DNA from: Planctomycetota bacterium
GTDB taxonomy: Bacteria > Planctomycetota > PLA2 > JAEUHO01
DNA: 64,000 nt
Reading direction: 5' to 3'
Assembly (NCBI GenBank): GCA_965222115.1
Contig: CBDCTJ010000007.1
Coordinates: 2,336,001-2,400,000 of the forward strand
Numbering within the stretch: position 1 is the stretch's first letter; each line of letters begins with the position of its first letter. Of this stretch, positions 1 to 10,422 are shown piece after piece. Under the pieces are notes generated by a model. The model ran no database searches and had not been told where the DNA came from. It saw nothing but the letters and a program-made list of their open reading frames with translations. A program made the translations under genes and the position numbers.

Positions 1-1
1 G

Positions 2-1024
2 CGCCGAGGCGTAACGACGGTCCGGCTGCTTGGCCAATGCGGTCGTTAGAATGACGTCCAGATCCCCCCCAACAACCGGCATACGCGGCGGTTGTTCGAT
101 CACACGTCGTGCGGCCTCGTGAATGGGCACGCCTGACACATCATGGGGCAGGCGACCGGCAAGCATTTCGTACAGCACAACGCCTAGTGAATAGACATCC
201 GCCCGTGCATCCACATCCTCGGGTGCGCCCGACAGTTGTTCGGGACTCAGGTAGCCGGGGGTGCCTACAAGTTGACCTGTTCGCGTCAAGTACTCGGTCA
301 TGTCGGCGACCTCGGCACCCAACGACTTTGCGATGCCAAAGTCAATCAGCTTCAGCCGGCCCTTCTTCGAGACGAGTACATTGTCGGGTTTGATGTCGCG
401 GTGGGCAATGCCATGAAGATGACCGTGATGCACGGCATCGCACAGTTGTTGAAAAAGCCGCAACTTGCGCAGCTCGGAATCGGGCGCCGCATATCGTGTG
501 ATGGGTTGCGCATCTTCGATGTACTCCATGACGAAATACGGGAGGCCGTCGCTCGTCGAGCCCGTCTGATAGATCTGCGCAATGGTGGGGTGCGACAACT
601 TGGCCAGCAGTTGACTCTCGTAGAGAAAGCGCGACCTGGCCGAAGCGGTCGGCAGCGATTGCGCCATGACTTTGATCGCCACGCGCCGACCCGGTTTGAG
701 CTGAAAGCCCTCATAGACCACGCCCATGCCGCCGCGCCCAATGCGACGATCCACACGGCATCCGTCAATGACGGTACCCAACAGCGGATCGGCGCCGTCC
801 AGCCACGCCTGGACGTGTTTCGTCGAAGGAGGCGTTAGCTTATCGCCCGTGCGCACATCGGCTTGCAAGAGTGCATTCACTTCCTCGCGCAACTGCGGGT
901 TGTCCTTGCACCGCTCCACAAGATAGGCTTCGCGTTCTTTACCGTGGCGGGCTCGCGCTGCCAGGAACACGTCATCAACTTCGTCGCCATCGGCGGTGGG
1001 GGACAGATCGTGGACGTGGCTCAT
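2..1024 (-). CDS. Serine/threonine protein kinase (3' part runs off the window)
   Basis: Minus-strand frame starts at an ATG overlapping the ECF stop (ATGA, 1021-1024). It has Hanks kinase motifs IGRGGMGVVY, VAIK, HGDIKPDNV, DFGIA and GTPGYLSPEQ. Confidence 0.9.
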   Translation of the reverse strand, partial: MSHVHDLSPTADGDEVDDVFLAARARHGKEREAYLVERCKDNPQLREEVNALLQADVRTGDKLTPPSTKHVQAWLDGADPLLGTVIDGCRVDRRIGRGGMGVVYEGFQLKPGRRVAIKVMAQSLPTASARSRFLYESQLLAKLSHPTIAQIYQTGSTSDGLPYFVMEYIEDAQPITRYAAPDSELRKLRLFQQLCDAVHHGHLHGIAHRDIKPDNVLVSKKGRLKLIDFGIAKSLGAEVADMTEYLTRTGQLVGTPGYLSPEQLSGAPEDVDARADVYSLGVVLYEMLAGRLPHDVSGVPIHEAARRVIEQPPRMPVVGGDLDVILTTALAKQPDRRYASA

Positions 1025-1566
1025 GACTCGTCGAGGATGCGTCCGAGTCGCGCGCGCGCCACCGCCCAGTCGCGATCCGCGGTTGCCTTGGAGATACCAA
1101 GTGCTTCGGCGGCCCCCTTGTTGTCGATGCCAACGAAAAATCGCAACTCGACAAGCCTGCGTTGGCGCTCGGAATGCTCGCCCAAGATGTCAAGCGCGTC
1201 GTGCAGGGCGAGCACGTCGAGGTTTTGTTCTTCAAACCAGGTGAGCGCTTCATCCAGAGGCGAAATGCTGTGTTCGCCACCACGCTTTTTCGAATTGCGC
1301 CGCCGGGCGTAGTCCACCAAGACCGATCGCATGGCACGTGCCGCGTACCCAAGAAAGTGCCCGCGACTCTTCCACGTTATTGATTGATCGGCGATTCGAA
1401 GATAGGCCTCATTCACGAGTGCCGTGGGCGTGAGCGTGCGTCCCGGTCGATTGCCAATCCGGCCTGCAATGCCTCGCAGTTCATCGGCAAGCACGGCAAT
1501 TGCCTGGTCCGCAGCTTCGTGATCGCCGTCTTGGGCTCGATTGATGAGCTCGGTTAGCTCCATCAC
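1021..1566 (-). CDS. ECF-type RNA polymerase sigma factor (planctomycete type, kinase-associated)
   Basis: TLTPTALVNEAYLR, AARAMRSVLVDYARRR and LVELRFF...AAEALGIS..TADRDW motifs; translationally coupled to the kinase. Confidence 0.9.
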   Translation of the reverse strand: MMELTELINRAQDGDHEAADQAIAVLADELRGIAGRIGNRPGRTLTPTALVNEAYLRIADQSITWKSRGHFLGYAARAMRSVLVDYARRRNSKKRGGEHSISPLDEALTWFEEQNLDVLALHDALDILGEHSERQRRLVELRFFVGIDNKGAAEALGISKATADRDWAVARARLGRILDES

Positions 1567-1746
1567 GTAATCGTACCGCGTGGAATGGCGATCCGCGAGG
1601 GGAAGCGAAGAAATCGCTACACGGTCAAGCGCAATCTTCGCCTAGCGGATACGCGGTGCTCACGCGACTCGCCTCATGTTCCCCAATTTCCAGTGTCAAC
1701 GATTCTCAAGTCAGCGATTCCCATGTCAACGAACTACGCCCGTTTG

Positions 1747-3087
1747 CTACTTCCTGCGCAACGTCAAGTTCATCGCATCAAGCTTGCGTCGAAGCTCATT
1801 AAGCGACGTTTGCCCAAAATTCTTGGAGGCCAACAACTCAGTTTCCGAGTGGCGGAGCAGATCGGCAATGGTGCGAATCTCAAGATTGTCCATGCATCGA
1901 CGCGCGCGAATGGATAGGTCGAGGTGTTCGATGGGGAATTCGGTGGGATCCAAACCCGGTGTGCCAGCCTCGGGCGAACCGCCGAAAATGGCATCGACGT
2001 TGGCCGCTGCGGCGCCCTGGCCCGCGTACAACGGCTGATCGTCTTCATTGGACATGCCCAAGCGAAGACCCTTCTGCGCCAGGATGTCTTTGATCTCTTG
2101 GAGCGACGTTTCGCCGAAATTCTTGTAGGCCAGCAACTCAGCCTCGGATTTGCTGACGAGATCACCCAACGTGGTGATGTTCATCTTTGAAAGACAGTTG
2201 CGGGAACGAACGGAGAGTTCGAACTCCGAAATTGGCGTACGCAAGACTTGTGCGCGGCGGTCTTCGCGGCGCTCGTGGTCCTCGTCATAGAACATATTTT
2301 GCGAAGCAAGTACGTCCTTCAATCCGATCTTTGCCCGCACGTGATTGGGGTCTGCTGCCAGGACGCGGCGATACAGCGCTTCGGCTTCGCTGTGGCGTCC
2401 CACGTCTTCATAGATCAACGCCAGATTGATCAATGGGTTGATATGAACCGGACGGAGTGAAGCACATCGACGATAGGTGTTGATGGCCGCTTCGGTCTCA
2501 CCTTCTGTGTCTTGACGAAGCGCCAAGCGAAATAGCGCAAAGCGGTGATGGGGGTCGCGCGCAATCGCCTCTTCGTACTTGGCGCGCGCGTCGCGGTAGT
2601 CGCCTTCCGACTCCAAGGCGATGCCTTCGGCGTAGAGCGCATCGGCACCATCCGGAAGTTTGGCTGCGGCACGGTGAGCCAAGTCGGCGTCTCCCGCAAG
2701 CGCAGAAGCGGTAGCCAAACGCATCAAGAACACTTGATCGTCGACTTCCGTACCCACCAGCGAACCCAGGGATGTGGAGGCCGCCGCCGGATCACATAGT
2801 TCAAGCGCAATGAGCCCGCGAAGCAACGTGGCTTGCGGTGTTTCGGCTGCGCGCTCCAAAGCGGCCTCGGCCAGGCGCGGGCGACTCAACAAGAACTCTG
2901 CGGTAGCACGACACAATGCATCCTTGCCGTCCGTCTGTTCGGACAAGTTGCCAAGGACTTGTTCTACGGCCTTGCGTTGCTCGGGCGCGTCGTGAATTTC
3001 CGCTTTGAGTGCAGCCAAGGCGCCCGTCGTGAAGTTGAGCGCACTGAGAAATGCAGGCACATCCGTGGCAGGGCTTGTGGCGGTCAT
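1747..3087 (-). CDS. TPR protein with two C-terminal RNA polymerase alpha-CTD-like domains
   Basis: TPR-like helical repeats, then two alpha-CTD motifs ([10 protein letters not shown]...[15 protein letters not shown] and [10 protein letters not shown]...[15 protein letters not shown]). No alpha-NTD, so not rpoA. Confidence 0.85.
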   Translation of the reverse strand: MTATSPATDVPAFLSALNFTTGALAALKAEIHDAPEQRKAVEQVLGNLSEQTDGKDALCRATAEFLLSRPRLAEAALERAAETPQATLLRGLIALELCDPAAASTSLGSLVGTEVDDQVFLMRLATASALAGDADLAHRAAAKLPDGADALYAEGIALESEGDYRDARAKYEEAIARDPHHRFALFRLALRQDTEGETEAAINTYRRCASLRPVHINPLINLALIYEDVGRHSEAEALYRRVLAADPNHVRAKIGLKDVLASQNMFYDEDHERREDRRAQVLRTPISEFELSVRSRNCLSKMNITTLGDLVSKSEAELLAYKNFGETSLQEIKDILAQKGLRLGMSNEDDQPLYAGQGAAAANVDAIFGGSPEAGTPGLDPTEFPIEHLDLSIRARRCMDNLEIRTIADLLRHSETELLASKNFGQTSLNELRRKLDAMNLTLRRK

Positions 3088-3308
3088 GGAGTCTCCCGAG
3101 TGGCGACGGCGAACGGAGCAGCGTACAACAAATCGAGCATCCGGAAAGTCCGCCCGGGGGTCCCATCGCGAAGAGCAGAAGGCCGCGGACTCGGTCTCTG
3201 TTGTGCCAAAGTTGGCTATCTAGCTACCCTCCGGCTTCGCGCCCTCCGACCTCAAAGAAGGGCGGCCGTGGCGGGCCTTCTTGATCAGCATGCCGGGCGG
3301 GAGAATTT

Positions 3309-4580
3309 ATGGATCACTTTGTTGTCGAGGGCGGGACGCGACTCAAGGGACGCGCCACCGTCTCGGGAGCAAAGAACGCCGCGTTGCCCCTTTTGGCGGC
3401 AACCCTACTTGCCGAGGGCACCTGTCGGCTGGAACGGGTCCCGCGCTTGCGCGACATCACCAGCATGGTGGACCTACTACGAACGTTGGGTGCCGAGATT
3501 GAGTGGATCGGCGAAAACACACTGGAGATGTGCACGCCGGGCGAAGGACCCTCCGTTGCGCCCTACGAACTGGTCAAGAAGATGCGCGCCTCGATCTGCG
3601 TGCTTGGCCCGCTCCTTGGTCGACGTGCGCAAGCGGGTGTGAGTCTTCCGGGAGGTTGCGTGATTGGGCCGCGACCCGTCGATCTCCATCTCTACGGTCT
3701 TGAGCGCCTTGGCACCACGATTCGAATTGAAGGCGGGACGATTCATGCCGATGGCCGTGCTCTTCGAGGAGCAGGCGACATCTTTCTGGGGGGCCCGTTC
3801 GGACCCACGGTGCTGGGGACGGCCAATGTGCTGTGTGCCGCAGTCAAGAGTCCCGGCGAAACCGTCATTCAAGGCGCCGCCTGTGAACCCGAAATCGCAG
3901 ATCTCGCTCGATTTCTCGTTGCGATGGGGGCGAAGATCACCGGAGTTGGAAGCCCCACCTTGCGGGTGGTGGGCGTGGACCGCCTTGTGGGGGCCACGCA
4001 CCGGGTGATCCCCGATCGCATCGAGGCCGGAACGTTGATTGCTGCCGCCGCGGCCACGCGCGGCGAGGTCACCATCGAGGGACTTGACCCATCTCATTTG
4101 ACGGCGCCGCTACTCTTGCTCGAACGGATGGGCGTGGAACTGGACCGCGTAGGCGAGCAGTCGTTGCGCGTGCGCGGCGATGGATCGTTCGCACCCACCG
4201 ATGTGGTAACCCTGCCGTATCCGGGCTTCCCCACCGATCTCCAGGCGCAGTTCATGGCAATGCTCGCTCTGGCCGAGGGCAATAGCTTTGTGACCGAGAA
4301 GATCTACCCCGAGCGATTTATCCATATTGCCGAGCTTCAGCGCATGGGCGCCCGCATTCGCAAAGAGGGGGCAACGGCCATGGTGCAGGGTGTATCGAGT
4401 CTTCACGGATGTCCGGTCATGGCGTCGGATCTGCGCGCTTCGGCGGCCTTGGTGATTGCCGGGCTCGCGGCCGAGGGCACAACAACGGTGGAACGCGTCT
4501 ATCACATCGACCGCGGCTATGAGCGCATCGAGGAAAAGCTCGCGAGTTTGGGTGCGCGCATCACGCGTCGAAACAGCTAA
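3309..4580 (+). CDS. murA: UDP-N-acetylglucosamine 1-carboxyvinyltransferase
   Basis: SGAKNAALP, LPGGCVIGPRPVDLH (catalytic Cys), PYPGFPTDLQ, DLRASAAL and HIDRGYE motifs. Confidence 0.97.
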   Translation: MDHFVVEGGTRLKGRATVSGAKNAALPLLAATLLAEGTCRLERVPRLRDITSMVDLLRTLGAEIEWIGENTLEMCTPGEGPSVAPYELVKKMRASICVLGPLLGRRAQAGVSLPGGCVIGPRPVDLHLYGLERLGTTIRIEGGTIHADGRALRGAGDIFLGGPFGPTVLGTANVLCAAVKSPGETVIQGAACEPEIADLARFLVAMGAKITGVGSPTLRVVGVDRLVGATHRVIPDRIEAGTLIAAAAATRGEVTIEGLDPSHLTAPLLLLERMGVELDRVGEQSLRVRGDGSFAPTDVVTLPYPGFPTDLQAQFMAMLALAEGNSFVTEKIYPERFIHIAELQRMGARIRKEGATAMVQGVSSLHGCPVMASDLRASAALVIAGLAAEGTTTVERVYHIDRGYERIEEKLASLGARITRRNS

Positions 4581-4780
4581 CGCGGCCAGCTCAAAACCGC
4601 CCCGCGCGAGGCGTTGGGGTCGCTCCAATCCTTTCCGCCCGCTCAGGTGGTGGTTCAATGCTCGGCTACCCCTTGTGGATGCCGATTTCTCCAATTTCGG
4701 GAGATTTTGAGGGCTCATCTGCCCATCTGGCGCCACGGCCGACATGGGTCCCAAAGCCCTATCAAAGGACCGCTCCCGAC

Positions 4781-6184
4781 GTGTTTGACAACCTTGCCAA
4801 GCGCTTTTCCAGCATCTTTTCCGGCCTCGGGTCCGGGAAGCTGACCGAAAAGAACATCGACGAGGGCATCCGCGAGGTTCGTCAGGCCCTTTTAGAAGCC
4901 GACGTAAACCTGCAGGTCGTCAAGTCCTTTATTGACCGCGTTCGTGAGAAGGCGGTCGGCATCAAGACCATCAAGGACGTCCGCCCCGCGGACCAGTTCG
5001 TCAAGATCGTCAAAGACGAAATGGTGCAACTGCTTGGCGGCGACGAGGGCGAGGTACGCACCAAATGGTCGAGCAAGGGGCCCACTGTCATCATGATGGT
5101 CGGGCTTCAAGGAACAGGTAAGACTACTACCACTGCCAAGATTGCGCGCCATCTCAAGCGCAAGGAGATGAAGAAGCCGCTGCTCGTTGCTGCCGATGTG
5201 CAACGCCCGGCTGCCATTGAGCAGCTCAAGATTCTTGGTGAGCAACTTGAGATTCCTGTCCATGCCGAAGCAGGTGGACGACCGCCCAAGATTTGCAAGC
5301 GAGGCGTGAAGCGCGCGGCGGAACTCGGTTGTGATGTCGTGCTCCTCGATACCGCGGGTCGTCTACACATCGACGCCGAGTTGATGGATGAACTCGAAGA
5401 CATTCGCGATGCCGTAAAGCCCGAAGAAATCTGGCTCGTCGTGGATGCGATGCTCGGCCAAGACGCAGTGACAAGCGCCAGCGAGTTCAATCAACGCCTC
5501 GATGTGAGCGGCATCATTCTCACCAAGACCGATGGCGACGCGCGTGGCGGCGCGGCCTTGGCGGTACGCGAAGTTACCGGCAAGACCATTCGCTATGTCG
5601 GCACGGGCGAGAAGCTCGACAAACTGGAACGATTCGTTCCCGAGCGTATGGCTGGCCGCATTCTCGGCATGGGCGATGTCGTCGGCCTTGTCGAGCAGGC
5701 CCAAGAGGTCGTCGATCAAGCTGAAGCCCAGGCGGCCGCCGAACGTCTTGTACGAGACCGCTTCACGCTCGACGACATGATGATGCTCTACGAAAGAATC
5801 GGCAAGATGGGCAATGTCAAAGACCTCATGGCCAAGTTGCCCGGAGGCGCCGCCATGGTGGGCCAAGCGGGCGATGACATGCCCGACAACAAAGACTTCA
5901 CGCGTTACCGCGCCGTCATTCAGTCCATGACGCGCCGGGAACGCTTCGATCCAAAGATTATTCATATGCAGCGCCGGCACAGGATCGCGCGCGGGTGTGG
6001 TCAGCCCGTGGGGGCCGTCAATGAAGTGCTCAAGATGCACAAGGCCATGCGGCAGCAAATGAAGACGCTAAAAAAAAATGGCCTCGTAGGCCGCGTGGCG
6101 GCTGGGGCGATGAAACGTCAGAAGAATAAGCGCATGAAGAAACTGAAGAAAGAAGGGGCGGACTTCCGTGGCTGGTTTAAGTAA
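4781..6184 (+). CDS. ffh: Signal recognition particle protein
   Basis: ALLEADV, GLQGTGKTTT, DTAGR and TKTDGDARGG motifs plus a Met-rich M domain. Start set at GTG 4781 (MFDNL..). Confidence 0.96.
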   Translation: MFDNLAKRFSSIFSGLGSGKLTEKNIDEGIREVRQALLEADVNLQVVKSFIDRVREKAVGIKTIKDVRPADQFVKIVKDEMVQLLGGDEGEVRTKWSSKGPTVIMMVGLQGTGKTTTTAKIARHLKRKEMKKPLLVAADVQRPAAIEQLKILGEQLEIPVHAEAGGRPPKICKRGVKRAAELGCDVVLLDTAGRLHIDAELMDELEDIRDAVKPEEIWLVVDAMLGQDAVTSASEFNQRLDVSGIILTKTDGDARGGAALAVREVTGKTIRYVGTGEKLDKLERFVPERMAGRILGMGDVVGLVEQAQEVVDQAEAQAAAERLVRDRFTLDDMMMLYERIGKMGNVKDLMAKLPGGAAMVGQAGDDMPDNKDFTRYRAVIQSMTRRERFDPKIIHMQRRHRIARGCGQPVGAVNEVLKMHKAMRQQMKTLKKNGLVGRVAAGAMKRQKNKRMKKLKKEGADFRGWFK

Positions 6185-6317
6185 GTCGTATGCCCAATCG
6201 AGTTCATCCCATTCGCACAGCATCCAACCACATCCATTCACTTCGCTGCTACTCAAGAACGGGTGAAGCGAAGTTACACAATCATTTGGTTCATAACGAA
6301 CGAGGAAGATTTTCACC

Positions 6318-6632
6318 ATGGCTACCGTGATTCGCCTGTCCCGTCAGGGACGCCGTAACCGCCCGCATTACCGTGTAGGTGTTTTTGACCGACGCACTCG
6401 CCGCGACGGTCCCCCCATCGAGTATCTCGGACACTACGACCCCATCGCCCACGACAGCACCAAAAACGTCACGCTTGACAAAGAACGTATCGAGTATTGG
6501 TTGGGGCAGGGTGCCGATATCTCAGAGACCGTGCGCAGCTTTTTGAAGCGTTACGAGATCAAGATTCCTAAGCGCGCCCGGCGTCGCTCGGGTCGCAAGC
6601 GTCGCGTCAAAGATAAAAAGTCCACTGCGTAG
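6318..6632 (+). CDS. rpsP: 30S ribosomal protein S16
   Basis: IRLSRQGRRNRPHYRV, RDGPPIEYLGHYDP and YWLGQGA motifs; ffh-rpsP synteny. Confidence 0.96.
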   Translation: MATVIRLSRQGRRNRPHYRVGVFDRRTRRDGPPIEYLGHYDPIAHDSTKNVTLDKERIEYWLGQGADISETVRSFLKRYEIKIPKRARRRSGRKRRVKDKKSTA

Positions 6633-6746
6633 GCACGCCGTGAGGCTCATGGCGACGCGCCACGAGTACGCCCTGACGCGCCCAAGCCTGCACTTGACGA
6701 CGTAACTGCGAAGCGGAATCTCCGACACCGAAAAGGACCCCGGTCT

Positions 6747-8351
6747 ATGGCCCAAACGAAGAAGGCACCCGCAAAGAAGCCCACCATTGACGACGTCATG
6801 GCGGTGCTGGAAGAGCGCTACGGACTACCGCCGAGCGATCTCGGCCGGCCGGAAGACCCGTTAATCGACAAGTTGTTAATGTTGGTGCTTGAGCCCTACA
6901 CGGGCAGCATCGAAAAAGCCAAGGATGCCATTCGCGACGCGTCGCGCCGGGTGATCGACTTCAATGAGTTGCGCGTGAGTGGCCTGCGCGAGTTTGAAGA
7001 CATCATCGCGCCGTATGTGCCCGCGCCGCTGCGTCAACGCGCCGCGTGGGATATGCGCATGGCGCTGCAAGACGTGTGGGATGGTTCCCATGGGCTCGAT
7101 CTTGAACCGCTGCGCAATCGTCCACCGGAGGATCAGCGCAAGTTCTTGGCCGACCTGCCGAATGTTTCGGGTGGGGTTGCCGCGCTCATCTTCCAAATCG
7201 CTTGTGGCGACAAATACGTAGCCTTCGGTCCGCGCGAGGAAAAGTTGTTGGTGCGGTTTGGCTTGCTACCCCGTAGCTCGACGCGCGAACGCATTCGTCT
7301 AGCTATTGAACGACGGGTAAAGCCAGAAGATCGGAGGCGTTTCTCATGGCTGGCGGGCCACGGCGCCAATCTCTTTGAACACGATTTCGATCCAGCAAAT
7401 CCATTTTGCAAGTTGCTTGCGGCGGCCCGGGCCAAGGAACTCCAACTTCGAGCGCAGGAAGCCAAACGCGAAGAAGCCCGACGCAAGGCCGAAGAAAAGG
7501 CGCGTCGAATCGAAGAAGAGAAACAACGTCGCATTGAAGAGCGCGAGCGCAAGCGCATTGAACGCGAAGAAGCCAAGCGCCAGCGCGCCGAAGAGATGAA
7601 GCGTAAGCGCGAAGAAGCCGCTGCCCGACGCAAGGCAGAAGCCCTCGCCCGCAAGGAAGCCGCCGCCAAGCGAAAGGCTGAGATGATTGCTCGCCGTAAG
7701 GCCGAAGCGATTCGCAAGAAGGAAGCTGCCGCCAAGAAGAAAGCGGCCATGATTGCCAAGAAGAAAGCTGCCGCGGCCAAGAAGAAGGCTGCGCTGGCGA
7801 AGAAGAAGGCGGCCGCCAAGAAGAAGGCCGCAATGGCGAAGAAGAAAGCGGCGATGGCCAAGAAGAAGGCTGCGCTTGCAAAGAAGCGCGCTGCGGCAAA
7901 GAAGAAAGCTGCACTCGCCAAAAAGAAGGCCGCTGCCGCCAAGAAGAAAGCTGCTGCTGCGAAGAAGAAAGCAGCGATGGCCAAAAAGCAGGCTGCCGCG
8001 AAGAAGAAGGCTGCGATGGCCAAGAAGCGCGCTGCAGCCGCCAAGAAGAAAGCCGCTCTCGCCAAGAAGCGCGCTGCGGCCAAGAAGAAGGCTGCGAAAA
8101 AGAAGAAGAACGCCAAAAAGTCCGTGAGAAAGAAGACGTCGGCGGCCAAGCGCAAGAAGAAGGCTCCCGCACGAACAAAGAAGAAGGCATCCAAACGCAA
8201 GAAGACGCGTGCCGGCTCAAAGAAGAAGGCTGCGAAGAAGAAGGCAAAGAAGCCCAAGAAGAAGCCAAAGTCGAAACCCAAAAAGAAGGCAGCGCGTCGC
8301 AAGACAAAGAAGAAGGCCAAGCGAAGGGCGACGAAGAAGCGCAGGCGGTAG
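6747..8351 (+). CDS. Endonuclease III/HhH-GPD-like N-terminal domain fused to a long Lys/Ala-rich histone H1-like tail
   Basis: N-terminus (DFNELRVS, LDLEPLR, FLADLPNV) resembles a degenerate HhH-GPD fold. It is followed by an E/R/K coiled coil and ~230 aa of KKKAAA-type repeats. Confidence 0.65.
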   Translation: MAQTKKAPAKKPTIDDVMAVLEERYGLPPSDLGRPEDPLIDKLLMLVLEPYTGSIEKAKDAIRDASRRVIDFNELRVSGLREFEDIIAPYVPAPLRQRAAWDMRMALQDVWDGSHGLDLEPLRNRPPEDQRKFLADLPNVSGGVAALIFQIACGDKYVAFGPREEKLLVRFGLLPRSSTRERIRLAIERRVKPEDRRRFSWLAGHGANLFEHDFDPANPFCKLLAAARAKELQLRAQEAKREEARRKAEEKARRIEEEKQRRIEERERKRIEREEAKRQRAEEMKRKREEAAARRKAEALARKEAAAKRKAEMIARRKAEAIRKKEAAAKKKAAMIAKKKAAAAKKKAALAKKKAAAKKKAAMAKKKAAMAKKKAALAKKRAAAKKKAALAKKKAAAAKKKAAAAKKKAAMAKKQAAAKKKAAMAKKRAAAAKKKAALAKKRAAAKKKAAKKKKNAKKSVRKKTSAAKRKKKAPARTKKKASKRKKTRAGSKKKAAKKKAKKPKKKPKSKPKKKAARRKTKKKAKRRATKKRRR

Positions 8352-8461
8352 GTAGTTGTCGCGTGTGGGGGTGCGCCTTCGTCTCGTCCTAAGCCGGCTT
8401 CACTTTTTGGGACGCCTCTCAAAAGGCTAGATTTTTGACGACACGGTAGGACCATCGATTC

Positions 8462-9040
8462 GTGAAGCCACTCGTCCTCGCCAGTGCCAGTCCCCGTCGC
8501 GCCGAGTTGCTACGCGAAGGCGGCATCGCATTCGAAGTGTCACCCCGTTTGAATGTGGATGAGTCCTATGAGGCCGGATGGGCACCGACTCAAATCGTCG
8601 AATCGCTGGCGAAGCGAAAGGCCGAGGCCGCGATAGCCCAGTTTCCCGACCGATTCATTCTTGGCGCCGACACGATTGTCGTGCACGAAGGGGATGTCCT
8701 GGGGAAGCCGAAGGATCGAGAAGACGCGGTTGCCATGTTGAAGCGCCTTTCGGATCGCTGGCATGACGTGTGGACCGGCGTCGCAATTGTTGCTCCCGGC
8801 AACCCCGAGGCCGCGCATGTAGGGCATGTGCGTACCGCGCTCTGCTTTCGCGCATTGGACGATCAAGAGATTCACGACTATGTCAATAGCGGCGAACCTA
8901 TGGACAAGGCAGGCGCTTACGCAATTCAAGGCGACGCGGCGGAGTGGGTCACGAAGTGTGAAGGTCCGGTGGACAATGTGATTGGCTTGCCCATGTTGCA
9001 TGTCGAGCGGTACCTGGGGGTGGTGGGGTACGGCGAATAA
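8462..9040 (+). CDS. maf: Maf family nucleoside triphosphate pyrophosphatase
   Basis: LVLASASPRRAELL, GADTIV, LGKP, DKAGAYAIQG and NVIGLP motifs. Confidence 0.95.
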   Translation: MKPLVLASASPRRAELLREGGIAFEVSPRLNVDESYEAGWAPTQIVESLAKRKAEAAIAQFPDRFILGADTIVVHEGDVLGKPKDREDAVAMLKRLSDRWHDVWTGVAIVAPGNPEAAHVGHVRTALCFRALDDQEIHDYVNSGEPMDKAGAYAIQGDAAEWVTKCEGPVDNVIGLPMLHVERYLGVVGYGE

Positions 9041-9073
9041 ACGTGTCCCGCTCGGAACGCCGTCATCCGTTTT

Positions 9074-9197
9074 CCCGTACCCCGTACCCCGTACCCCGTC
9101 ACCCCGTCACCCGGGCACAAGAATGAGTGTTCGATGATCGACTCGTCCATCGTTTAGGACGTGGACGTGGACGTGGACGTGGACGTGGACGTGGACG
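9074..9197 (+). repeat. Composite repeat unit 1: (CCCCGTA/CCCGTCA)n, degenerate core, (GGACGT)x~7
   Basis: Heptamer tandem 9074-9114 and hexamer tandem 9157-9197, which ends 1 nt from the four-helix-bundle stop codon. Confidence 0.9.
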
Positions 9198-9198
9198 G

Positions 9199-9573
9199 TC
9201 AAGGCTCGTCGAACCTTCGTTGAAGCACAAACAACATGGCGGCGCATCGCTCCAGAGTGTTCATGACGCTTGAAACTGCGGCCTCGCTGGCGAGTCCGAG
9301 TAGTAGCGCTTGATGTAGAGCGGCAATGGCTTCGGTGCATTCGGCGTGTGCGATATCGTAAGCTTTGCGTTTCTCGGCTGGCCGCCGTTTCGATATGCCT
9401 TCGGCGACGTTTAGCGCCACGCTGGTACTTGCGCGCCTGAGTTGATCGGCGAGTTTTGCGTGGCCACGAGGCCATTCACCGCAGATGGTGACGCACCCGA
9501 CCGCCGCGGCCTGCGATGCACGGTAGACGTCGAAGCGTTTGAGGTATTCGAGCGTGGAAGACGCGCTTGTCAT
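9199..9573 (-). CDS. Four-helix bundle protein (Avd-like / 23S rRNA IVP family), copy A1
   Basis: 124 aa with FDVY...LADQLRRASTSVALNVAEG...IAHAECTE signature; GGAG upstream of the ATG at 9573; about 85% identical to 15104-15478. Confidence 0.9.
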   Translation of the reverse strand: MTSASSTLEYLKRFDVYRASQAAAVGCVTICGEWPRGHAKLADQLRRASTSVALNVAEGISKRRPAEKRKAYDIAHAECTEAIAALHQALLLGLASEAAVSSVMNTLERCAAMLFVLQRRFDEP

Positions 9574-9609
9574 GATGGAGCTCCAGCGTGAAGGGATCGC
9601 AAGCCGTTT

Positions 9610-9663
9610 GCTCGTGTGTGCCCTTCGCAAAAGAGCCGAAGGCGAAGGAGGGCGCACACGAGC
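9610..9663 (-). promoter_or_regulatory. Conserved hairpin in the leader of four-helix bundle gene A1
   Basis: GCTCGTGTGTGCCC...GGGCGCACACGAGC 14-bp stem; homologous stem at 15515-15568. Confidence 0.6.
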
Positions 9664-9783
9664 GGGTCGTACAAACAGAACCCCGCGCAATAGCGTCAAC
9701 TCGTTCTCAAGCTGGAGTTCCATCACAAGCGGAGTTCGCGCGTACCGAACGTGCTGGAGCAACTGGCGGTGTTGTCTAAGGCT

Positions 9784-9870
9784 CCGTCACCCGTTACCCT
9801 TTCCCCGAGTTCAAGGGCGGGCATCCGATGAACGATTCACGACCCCTTAACGTGAACGTGGACGTGGACG
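9784..9870 (+). repeat. Composite repeat unit 2 (short, degenerate)
   Basis: CCGTCACCCGTTACCC, core (GAGTTCAAG..GCATCCGATG..CGATTCACG), then CGTGAACGTGGACGTGGACG. Confidence 0.8.
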
Positions 9871-10017
9871 GTGTGCGCACCGAACTGATTGCTGTGTGAC
9901 GTGAAGGCTCACCGGGCAACACCCGCTTGGGAAGTGCTACGTGCATGCCCCTATTCGCCACAAGGGCGAGGGCACGCACTCGCATTCCCGCGGGTGTTTC
10001 CTCGTGGAGATTCTCGT

Positions 10018-10404
10018 ATGTCACACAGCAATCAGTTCTCGGTTACTTCCACGGCGAGTCGGCTTGAACGGTTCGACGTGTATCGAATTGCACGGCGTGC
10101 CGCGGCGAGCATTCACCATCTCTGTGGATCGCTGCCTCGAGGCAACGCCGAGCTCGCAAGCCAAGCTCGACGAGCCTCTGCGGCCGTCGTCCTCAACGTC
10201 GCGGAGGGCATCGGACGTGCCGGCACGGGCGCCAAGCACCGTTCGTTCTCAATCGCTCGCGGCGAGTGTGTCGAGGCCTCGGCTGCGCTCGACCTCATGC
10301 AGGCAATGGGTATTCTCACAAACGCGTGCGCGATGCCTACACTTCGTGATCTCGACCGCGTCCGCGCGATGTTGAACGCACTTATCCGCCGCTGGAGGGA
10401 ATGA
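10018..10404 (+). CDS. Four-helix bundle protein (Avd-like / IVP family), divergent copy B
   Basis: 128 aa with RFDVY...LASQARRASAAVVLNVAEG...IARGECVE; GGAG upstream of ATG 10018; divergent from A1. Confidence 0.88.
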   Translation: MSHSNQFSVTSTASRLERFDVYRIARRAAASIHHLCGSLPRGNAELASQARRASAAVVLNVAEGIGRAGTGAKHRSFSIARGECVEASAALDLMQAMGILTNACAMPTLRDLDRVRAMLNALIRRWRE

Positions 10405-10422
10405 GGGGAGTTACATGAAAGC

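Noticed and set aside
1747-3087. rpoA
   Set aside because: Lacks the alpha N-terminal domain and the ribosomal operon context.
7133-8455. Long antisense ORFs (440 and 334 aa, Phe/Ala/Ser-rich)
   Set aside because: Shadow frames of the Lys/Ala-rich repeat gene on the + strand.
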